From Octopus sinensis (Eukaryota), in NCBI RefSeq assembly GCF_006345805.1, contig NW_021826354.1, forward strand, positions 1-13,281: a stretch of DNA of 13,281 nucleotides. The letters run 5' to 3'. Below are positions 1 to 7,854 of the stretch, piece after piece (the stretch's first letter is position 1; the number at the start of each line of letters is the position of its first letter). The position numbers and the translations under genes are program-made. The notes beneath the pieces were generated by a model. The model searched no databases and was not told the DNA's origin. It saw nothing but the letters and a program-made list of their open reading frames with translations.

Positions 1-140
1 AATTAATAATATAATAATAATAATAATATAAATAATGATGATAATAATAATAATAATGATAGGGATGATAATAATAATGTAATAATAATAGTAATGATAA
101 CAATAGCCACAGTAATAACAATGGCATGAATGATAACAAT
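1..140. repeat. Degenerate (AAT/GAT)n low-complexity tract
   Basis: Runs of AAT/ATA interspersed with GAT. Confidence 0.9.
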
Positions 141-200
141 AAAGAGTTGAGGGAAAAAATGTCAAGAAGAACACAAGAAAAAAAATGAAAAGGAAAAATT

Positions 201-672
201 CATGATGATGATGATGATGATGGCGGCAGTCATCGTGGTGTCAGCATCGTCATCATCGGCGTCACTGACATCAGAACCGTTGCTATAATCGCCATCCGCG
301 TCGTCGCTGTCATTATGGCCGCCATTGTCATCATCTTCATCGTCGCCGACATCGTCGTCGTCATCGTCGTCGTGACCGTTGCGGCCGTCGTCAACGTCAC
401 CGTCATCATCGTCATCACTACCAACATCATAAACATCATCATCATCATCATCGATATCATTATAACCGTCATCATCATCATCATCATCATCAATATTGTC
501 ATCGTCATCGTCGTCATCATCATCATCATCATCATCACTACAAACATCATAACCGTCACTATAATCATCACATCATCGTTCGTCATCATTGCAATAATCG
601 TCATCACAAAGTCATCTTCCTAACTATCATGATCGTCATCATCATCATCAACGTCATCACCAACACAATCAT
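201..672. repeat. Degenerate (CAT/CGT)n trinucleotide tract
   Basis: In-register CAT/CGT/CAC triplets. These explain the poly-M/I/V/T ORFs at 230-623. Confidence 0.92.
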
Positions 673-716
673 TATAAATGTGTGTGTGTGTGTTTATGTA
701 AATTTTTGGACTGATA

Positions 717-1101
717 GGCGTAGGAGTGGCTGTGTGGTATGTATCTTGCTTACGAACCACATCGTAGCACCTTGGACAAGTGTCTTCTGCTATAGCCCCG
801 GGCCGGCCAATGCCTTGTGAGTGGATTTGGGAGACGGAAACTGAAAGAAGCCTGTCGTATATATGTATATATATATATGTATGTGTGTGTATATGTTTGT
901 GTGTCTGTGTTTGTCCCCCCACCATCGCTTGACAACCGATACTGGTGTGTTTACGTCCCCATCACTTAGCGGTACGGCAAAAAGAGACCGATAGAATAAG
1001 TATTGGGCTTACAAAGAATAAGTCCCGGAGTCGATTTGCTCGATTAAAGGTGGTGCTCCAGCATGGCCGCAGTCAAATGACTGAAACAAGTAAAGAGAGA
1101 G
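717..1101 (+). mobile_element. tRNA-derived SINE, family A (octopus-type), near full length, B-box region deleted
   Basis: A-box-like TGGCTGTGTGG at 727-737, core CCTTGGACAAG...GTGAGTGGATTTGG...GGAAACTGAAAGAAGCC, internal TA/TG microsatellite, and 3' end GGTGCTCCAGCATGGCCGCAGTC...GAAACAAGTAAAGAG. It is homologous to copies at 1106, 4240, 7462 and 10975. Confidence 0.88.
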
Positions 1102-1105
1102 TATA

Positions 1106-1212
1106 GGCGTAGGGGTGGCTGTGTGGTAATTATCTTGCTTACGAACCACATCGTTCCGGGCTCAGTCCTGCTGAGTGGCACCTTGGACAAGTGTCTTCTA
1201 CTATAGCCTCTG
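1106..1212 (+). mobile_element. SINE family A, 5' portion (3'-truncated)
   Basis: Repeats 717-810, with A box and a B-box-like GGGCTCAGTCC at 1158-1168. Confidence 0.88.
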
Positions 1213-1394
1213 GATTACATTATACAGGCAAACAGTTCCATAATCCTGTATAGTTCCATAATCCTGTATAATCCTGTATAGATTAAAATCCATGTTGTAT
1301 GGAAACATGTGTAGTGATCATGAAAAAGAACTGTCCAACCGTACTCCCTGTAGACCCTACTGACCATAGCTTATTCAATTATATATATATACAT

Positions 1395-1690
1395 ACTAAT
1401 ACATACACCAACCCCATACATACACACGTCCAGACCCCTCATACGCACTTATACTCTCTCATACACACACACACACACTTATACATACTAATACGTACTA
1501 ATACATACTAATATACATACTAATACATACATACAACACCAAACCCATACATACGCCTGTCCAGACTTATCTTACGCACAAACTCTCTCATACACACACA
1601 CACACACACAAACACCCTTATACATACAATACATAAACATACACCAAACCTATACATACACACGTCCAGACCCCTCCTACGCACTAATAG
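1395..1690. repeat. Degenerate minisatellite, 3 units of ~105-130 bp with embedded CA/TA microsatellites
   Basis: Anchor GTCCAGAC at 1428, 1559 and 1664, each preceded by CACCAA(A/C)CC(C/T)ATACATAC-like sequence and followed by TACGCAC. Confidence 0.8.
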
Positions 1691-1796
1691 GTGGTCATTC
1701 AACCCTGTTATCAACCCTATTATCTCCCCTTACTTCGCTCTCGCGTCTCATGTTTGATCTTTGACCTCTGGCCGAAATCAGATCGCCATGTTGATT

Positions 1797-1992
1797 CGTT
1801 AGCTACTGCACGCATTTTTTTCTCTCCTTCTTTCTGTGTTTTTTTTTCCCTCTGTGTATATTTCTGTTGAAGAGCGTAGGCTCGAAACGTTAAAGACTTG
1901 TTTTATTTATATTTCCTGAGCGCCATACTAATACAATTGTTCGTTTGTTTTCCACCTGCCTTCGTCTTTTGTCTATTTTCATAAAGCTTCCC
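1797..1992 (+). mobile_element. (TA)n-tailed short retroposon-like repeat (Penelope-like or retrozyme-like terminus), copy 1
   Basis: Aligns with 2937-3123 (+) and 10706-10877 (-). It ends in CCC followed by (TA)n and contains a hammerhead-like motif. Confidence 0.7.
1854..1897 (+). ncRNA. Minimal type I hammerhead-ribozyme-like motif (variant core), GUU site
   Basis: CTGTTGA (1864-70), A, stem GAGC/GCTC with GTAG loop, GAAA (1884-87), CGT-T; weak helix I TTT/AAA. Confidence 0.45.
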
Positions 1993-1996
1993 GTAT

Positions 1997-2027
<31 letters not shown>

Positions 2028-2033
<6 letters not shown>

Positions 2034-2136
2034 GAATAAATAAATGGAGTTTAACGCAGGTGTAAATGAAATATTTTTACTTTCGACACAATATTGATTT
2101 ACACCTGCGTTAAACTCCATTTATTTATTCATATAT
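2028..2136. repeat. Perfect 40-bp inverted repeat with 29-nt spacer (foldback, MITE-like)
   Basis: 2028-2067 is the exact reverse complement of 2097-2136. Confidence 0.92.
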
Positions 2137-2276
2137 TATTCAAAATATTCTACGTAAACACGAAGTTTCTACCTTTATAAACAAGGAGTTACATTTTTAC
2201 TTGTGAAATTTTTGCTACCCTGGTAACTATTTATTTATTTTTTTCCGTGTTAATTGTCAACAAGGTATAAATACAC

Positions 2277-2278
<2 letters not shown>

Positions 2279-2358
<80 letters not shown>
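2279..2358. repeat. Compound (CT)n(AT)n microsatellite
   Basis: Direct reading of the sequence. Confidence 0.95.
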
Positions 2359-2360
<2 letters not shown>

Positions 2361-2632
2361 TATTAAATTAGAGATAAAACCACTATTAGGCAAATTAAAC
2401 AGTGAAAAAGTTAAGCCAATACATAAAATTAATTTAAAATATAAAAGTTAAAAATAAAAAATTATTTAAATAATTTAAACTTACAAATTTTATATATACA
2501 AATATATATATATATGTATGTATATTTTTATATTTATATATTATTTTATTAATTAATTACTATAAAATTGGATTTAATCCTAAATCTCATTTTTTCCTGT
2601 AAGTTTGGATTCATTCCCTAATATTATTATAT
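2359..2632. repeat. AT-rich interspersed repeat fragment
   Basis: Its 3' part (TTTTCCTGTAAGTTTGGATT..ATTCCCT.AATA, ~2592-2625) recurs at ~5468-5505 and ~5660-5695. Confidence 0.55.
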
Positions 2633-2642
2633 ATATATATAT

Positions 2643-2840
2643 AAGAAGTGATTTTTTTTAAAATTCTCACACGTAGGATAATGCTAATAATATAGACTGA
2701 TCAGAATAAACTACCCCTATTTTGCAGAAAAAAGTGTTGGCGGCCAACACTTTTTTGTGCAAAAATAGGGGTAGCTTATCCTATTCAGTCTATATTATTA
2801 GCATTTTCCTGCATTTGAGGATTTAAAAAAAATACTTCTT
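2643..2840. mobile_element. ~198-bp imperfect palindrome (foldback or MITE-like element)
   Basis: Arms of ~97 bp, ~85-90% complementary by eye, centred on GTGTTGG-CGG-CCAACAC (2734-2750). It abuts a (TA)n tract. Confidence 0.8.
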
Positions 2841-2936
2841 TAACTTTCTAAGACATCTCAACGCTTCTAAAGCAAACTTCGTTTGTTTGTTTACTTCTAT
2901 CGTAATTTGAATTATATATATATATATATGATAGAT

Positions 2937-3123
2937 CGTTAGCTCCTACATCAATTTTTACTCTCCTTGTTTCTCTCCTTTTTTTTTTCTGTGTCCCTTT
3001 CTGTCGAAGAGCGTAGGCTCGAAACGTAAAATACTTTTTCTATTCCTGAGCGCTATACTAATACATTGTTTGTTTGTACTACACCTGCCTTCGTCTTTTG
3101 TTTATATTCGTAAACTTTCCCTT
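2937..3123 (+). mobile_element. (TA)n-tailed short repeat, copy 2
   Basis: Homologous to 1797-1992 from CGTTAGCT to the CCC-(T)-(TA)n end. Confidence 0.7.
2993..3034 (+). ncRNA. Minimal type I hammerhead-ribozyme-like motif (variant core), GUA site
   Basis: CTGTCGA (3001-07), A, GAGC-GTAG-GCTC, GAAA (3021-24), CGT-A; helix I GTC-CC-TTT / AAA-TAC. Confidence 0.5.
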
Positions 3124-3167
3124 TATATATATATATATAAAACACACATATGAATGTGTGTGTGCGT

Positions 3168-3201
<34 letters not shown>

Positions 3202-3412
3202 ACGTGTGTTTGTGTATTATATATGTAGGATCGGTTTTCGAAAATGAAGGCTAACAACTTTCTCCATGTTATCGGCTTGAAAACTTTTTAAGGCACTTGA
3301 AAATTTTCCTACTTTACTTAACATGAAACCAACGATTGCCTTAATCTACAAATAAAGAAATTATATATCCACCAATGCGGTATTCAGCACTAATTTTTAT
3401 GTTTCGACATTT

Positions 3413-3458
3413 ACAAATTATATATAGATATGTATCATAGAGGCGCATATGAATCTTA

Positions 3459-3495
<37 letters not shown>

Positions 3496-3539
3496 GCACA
3501 AATTATATATAGATATGTATCATAGAGGCGCATATGAAT

Positions 3540-3575
<36 letters not shown>
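3413..3575. repeat. 85-bp tandem duplication including (TA)n
   Basis: ACAAATTATATATAGATATGTATCATAGAGGCGCATATGAATCTTATA at 3413 and 3498. Confidence 0.9.
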
Positions 3576-3576
<1 letters not shown>

Positions 3577-3929
3577 GCAAATATATATATGTATATACAT
3601 AAATACGGGTATATACATGTGTCCACGTGTTTATAACTTCTCTGCTTATTTTCCTCGCTTCTATGTAGTTCTTTTTACGTTATTAAAACTCATTATAACA
3701 ACAGCAAACCGAATATTCTCGCGTAATCAGGGATACATAAAAATCACACACATAAACATAATTATTTAAGCGTATCACAGATCTCATTATCATAACGTAC
3801 ATAAACATAATTTATTATAATGTATGAAGATATATTACCAATCGTTCAGTGTACAAAATAGCAACCAACATCAAGACTGGAGCGTATAATAATTACATAC
3901 ACACTTGATATACTTTAAATACTCCACAA

Positions 3930-4200
3930 TGTGTGTATATATATATATATACATATACGCATATGTATATATATATATGTATATATATATATATACATAT
4001 ACGCATATGTATATATATATGTATATATATATATATACATATACGCATATGTATATATATATATATATGTATATATATATACATACATATATATATATAC
4101 ATACATATATACACACATATATACATACATATGTATATGTGTGTATGTATGCATGCATGCATGTATTACATATATACATGTGTATGCGTTGTATATGAAT
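3930..4200. repeat. TA-rich micro/minisatellite (TATATACATATACGCATATG x3 within (TA)n)
   Basis: Direct reading of the sequence; it generates the Y/I/M/C ORFs at 3871-4295. Confidence 0.92.
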
Positions 4201-4239
4201 ATTCCTACATACACAAATTTATTCATAGGAACATATGTC

Positions 4240-4302
4240 AAGGGCGGTGCCCCAGCATGGCCTCAGTCGGATGGCTGAAACAAGTAAAAGAGTAAAAGAG
4301 TA
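4240..4302 (+). mobile_element. SINE family A 3'-end fragment
   Basis: AAGGGCGGTGCCCCAGCATGGCC...GAAACAAGTAAAAGAG matches 1046-1100. Confidence 0.8.
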
Positions 4303-4404
4303 TACATAAACACATATGCAGACGTATAAACAAATATACACACATTTAGGCATATACACACATATATACATATTCTGGCATACATATACTCATAGATAGA
4401 TAGA

Positions 4405-4574
4405 TGTCGATGACATTGACCCCAGTCTGCAACTGGTACTTTATTTATCGTCCCCGAAAGGATGAAAGGTAAAGTCGACCTCAGCGACATTGTGAACCCA
4501 GAACGTAAAGACGGACGAAATGCTGCTAAGCATTTTGTCCGGCATACGATCGACTCTACAAGCACGCCGCCCTT
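4405..4574 (-). mobile_element. tRNA-derived SINE, family B (CCTTTCATCCTTTCGGGG..GATAAAT.AAGTACCAG core)
   Basis: Reverse complement aligns with 11735-11900. Confidence 0.85.
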
Positions 4575-4727
4575 ATATCAACATACACATTGGCAAACAT
4601 TCTCTCACACACACATTCACGTATATAAACACACACAGACGCATACATACACACGTATATTACCACAGACACACACACATGTAGATGTCCACACGCACAC
4701 ACATGCACACATACACACATGGGGGAT

Positions 4728-5109
4728 GGAAGCACTCCGTCGATTACGACGATGAGGGTTCCGGTTGATCCGAATCAACGGAACAGCCTGCTCGTGAAAT
4801 TAACGTGTAAGTGGCTGAGCACTCCACAGACACGTGTACCCTTAACGTAGTTCTCGGGGATATTCAGCGTGACAGAGAGAGTGACAAGGCCGGCCCCTTG
4901 AAATACAAGTACAACAGAAACAGGAAGTAAGAGTGAGAGAAAGTTGTGGTGAAAGAGTACAGCAAGGATCACCACCATCCCCTGCCGGAGCCTCGTGGAG
5001 CTTTAGGTGTTTTCGCTCAATAAACACTCACAACGCCCGGTCTGGGAATCGAAACCGCGATCCTATGACCGCGAGTCCGCTACCCTAACCACTGGGCCAT
5101 TGTGCCTCC
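4728..5109 (-). mobile_element. tRNA-derived SINE, family C, full length
   Basis: Minus-strand head GGAGGCACAATGGCCCAGTGGTTAGG (A box) and GGTTTCGATTCC (B box), then a ~300-nt body ending GTCGTAATCGACGGAGTGCTTCC. Confidence 0.88.
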
Positions 5110-5278
5110 ACGCACATACACACATATATTGCGTCTCACCACGCTTCCATCCGTGAACGTCACGTCCTTATTTTAAATCACGGATCGGCTTTTGATCGGA
5201 AAAGAGCAACGAACAGTATTTGCGTCAACGAAATATGCTGTGAGAAAGATACGGATATATGGACGTAAACCCACTTAC

Positions 5279-5311
5279 CTCGCTTGTTACGGATTTTCTT
5301 CATCTCTTCCT
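5279..5311 (-). CDS. Candidate 33-nt micro-exon (xEEMKKIRNKRx)
   Basis: Acceptor TATTTTGCAG and donor GAG|GTAAGT; only the phase-1 frame is open. No homology is recognised. Confidence 0.25.
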
Positions 5312-5325
5312 CTGCAAAATACCAG

Positions 5326-5713
5326 AGTTACGGATTTAGAATTCTATGCTTGAGGAAGATTTTATAAATAATTATAATAATTATAAAAAAGGTAGTTTTT
5401 TTCTAATTTTTTAATATATATATATTATATTGTGTGAAATTTGATTTAGTATTTCTAAATTGATTTTTTTCCCTGTAAGTTTGGATTTATATTCCCTCAA
5501 ATAATAATTATTTATTTATCTAATAAGTTACGATTTAGAATTCTATGCTTGAGGAAGTTTCTATAAATAATTATAATTATAAAAAGGTGTTTTTTTTCTA
5601 ATTTTACATATATATATTATATTGTGTGAAATTTGATTTAATATTTCTAAATTGAATTTTTTCCCTGTAAGTTTGGATTTATATTCCCTCAAATAATAAT
5701 AATTTATTTATTT
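5326..5713. repeat. Tandem duplication, units of 200 bp and ~188 bp
   Basis: AGTTACG(G)ATTTAGAATTCTATGCTTGAGGAAG at 5326 and 5526; the units are near-identical through to CCCTCAAATAATAAT. Confidence 0.92.
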
Positions 5714-5779
5714 AATTTTTAATTCGGGGCTACGATGAAAGGTTATTTTAGACATTAAATATATACGTATACAAAAATA

Positions 5780-6387
5780 TTGGCGGAAGTTTGGTTTATA
5801 TACCCCACGAAACCACTCGTAATTTTTTAATTTTTTTCTTTTTTGAATTTTCAGAACATATTTGCAAATTTGTTTTCTACACACAACAGTTCATACAATT
5901 ATAAAAAAATAAATAAGAAAAACAATATTATTTTGTGTGTATGTGTGATTTACGGGCGATTTAGCTGTTATATTTAATGCATCCCAAGACTTGGTAGACA
6001 CCCATAAAATTATCAACCATCGTACAAACAATAACTCTGAGCACCTTTTCAAACTCCACCCGTCTAACACCCGTGGACATGTTTACAAAGTAAGAAAACA
6101 GCACAGCTCCCATGACTTCAGGAAACATTTTTTCACGCTGAGAGTTGCTGAAGCGTGGAACAAACTGCCGGCATCAGTTGTTAGTTGTCGGAGCACTGCA
6201 TCTTTCAAAACTTCCATGCTTTCTGAGATTTGCCAACACTATAACTGATTTTCTTCCCTCCATACACACACAAGCATGTATCTGTCTCATACATTGTTCG
6301 CTTTCCAGACATTTTTGCATTACTGCGTGTACTTTATATGCACTTTCTGACAAGTTGTGGTGCACCTGAGCACTGTATACAATAATT

Positions 6388-6425
<38 letters not shown>

Positions 6426-6965
6426 TGTTACCTTCATCGTTTCAGTGGAATTCTGGTTTAAGCTCTCATGTAATCCTTTTTTTTTCAGAAAAGCTTTGCT
6501 AATTTGTGTTCTACACAAGGGAATTTATATGACTATGAAACATAAAAGAAAAAAACAAAACTATTATTTTGTCCGTGTGTGTAAATTAAGAGCGATTTAG
6601 CTGTTATAATTAGCGCATCGCACGACCACCTCTTACCTTTCTAGTTTTAAGAATCCCATATATACCCTCGTACATTTTTTATGCTTTGAAATTTTGAGAA
6701 AATTTTTGTTTATTTATGTTCATCACACGGGAATTCATACGATTATGAAGAAAAACAACAAAATTCTTTTGTATGATTTAAGGGCGATTTTAATGTTATT
6801 TTTAGCACATCCCACGACCACCTAATACCTTCCGTGTTTCGGCGGATCACTGGTTTAATCACCCCATGTAACCCGACATAGCATTTTTATTTTATTGGAA
6901 TTACCAGATTAATTTTTGCAAATGTGTGTTCTACATGCGGAATTTCATACACTTATGAAAAATAT
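5780..6965. repeat. Degenerate tandem array (satellite-like), unit ~205-210 bp, interrupted by a LINE
   Basis: TTTGC(A/T)AATTTG...CTACAC-like anchor at 5861, 6495, 6705 and 6915. GCGATTT...GCA(C/T)...C(A/G)AC anchor at ~5954, ~6591 and ~6783. Confidence 0.78.
5991..6420 (+). mobile_element. 5'-truncated CR1/L2-clade LINE: ORF2 C-terminus (5991-6248), 3' UTR and (ATT)n tail
   Basis: Translation contains TRGH.YK.RK...RKHFF.LRV..AWNKLP.SVV....SFK, the characteristic CR1-type ORF2 C-terminal motif. The (ATT)n tail lies at ~6390-6420. Confidence 0.85.
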
Positions 6966-7461
6966 ATAGAAGAAGAAGAAGAAGAAGAAGAAAACTTTTT
7001 GAGTGTTTGGACACATCTATTCCAATACCCGGGATAGATAAATAATCTATCTTTGAGAGATCATTTTTTTTTTCTCATTTTAAATTTGCCAAAATATCTT
7101 TTACCGTTCAAAATCAATTCAATATGGCTTCTTCTATTTGAAAATGAGCATTAAGAGATACTAACCAAAAAAATTTTTAATAAATTAAAAAATAGAAGCG
7201 AATTACGCTAAATATTTCACTTCAAAATTATTTTCGAATAAATAAAAACGAATTCTGATTTCTTTTATCTTTTTCAATTCTGATAAAAGAAATTTAAGAG
7301 AAATACAACGAAAAATAAACGAAATAAAATTAAACAATATGAACGAAAGAAAGAAAAATACTCGCTAAAATGACAAATTCACCATTTTGACATCCATCGA
7401 AAAGCGTTCGTTTACACAACATCAACAGAAATTACCAATCAAAAGGACCTTAAGAAAACAT

Positions 7462-7616
7462 GCGTGGGTGTAAGCTAAGATATTTGCTCCCAGCCACATA
7501 TTTCTAGGTTCAGTCCCACAGGCTGGCATGATGGGCGAGTATCTTCTACTATAGCTTCGGGCTGACCAAATCCCTGTGAGTTGATGTGGTAGACGGAAAC
7601 TGAAAGAAGCCCGTCG
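7462..7616 (+). mobile_element. SINE family A head and core, diverged
   Basis: GGTTCAGTCCC B box, then TCTTCTACTATAGC...GGTAGACGGAAACTGAAAGAAGCCCGTCG. Confidence 0.82.
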
Positions 7617-7727
7617 GCATCATTTCTATCAGCTCCGTCTTGCGCCCCCTCTTGTCCTGTCAATCTGCCATTTCTGTGTAATTTTCCTAGAGCAGTCTGC
7701 ACTTGTATTGCCTAAGTTTTCTGTTCC
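7616..7727 (-). mobile_element. RTE-type LINE ORF fragment, copy A (58-bp internal deletion)
   Basis: Aligns to 8463-8636 apart from a 58-bp gap. Confidence 0.6.
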
Positions 7728-7774
7728 CAAATCCCTGTGAGTGGATGTGGTAGACGAAACTGAAAGAAGCCAGT

Positions 7775-7776
<2 letters not shown>
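7728..7776 (+). mobile_element. SINE family A core piece (duplicate of 7567-7616)
   Basis: CAAATCCCTGTGAGTGGATGTGGTAGACGAAACTGAAAGAAGCC. Confidence 0.8.

Positions 7777-7850
<74 letters not shown>
7777..7850. repeat. (TA)n microsatellite
   Basis: Direct reading of the sequence. Confidence 0.95.

Positions 7851-7854
<4 letters not shown>

Noticed and set aside
230-935. ORFs rich in M/I/V/T or Y/I/H
   Set aside because: They are translations of triplet and dinucleotide repeats and SINE sequence, with no protein-like composition.
3200-3365. Strong minus-strand acceptor (TTTCTTTATTTGTAG at 3346) with an open frame
   Set aside because: There is no good donor, the frame runs into a microsatellite, and it is out of phase with the micro-exon chain.
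3871-4295. Seven overlapping ORFs on both strands
   Set aside because: TA/CA microsatellites lack stop codons in several frames; these are artefacts.
5035-5109. tRNA-like sequence with A and B boxes
   Set aside because: It continues into a SINE body and has no proper acceptor stem, so it is a SINE head rather than a tRNA gene. The same applies to the other heads.
5140-5278. Second acceptor (TCTTTCTCACAG) 41 nt after the micro-exon donor, giving AYFVDANTVRCSFPIKSRSVI*
   Set aside because: It would need a 41-nt intron, and all three frames stop before the next donor. The resemblance to IPT/TIG motifs is too short to support.
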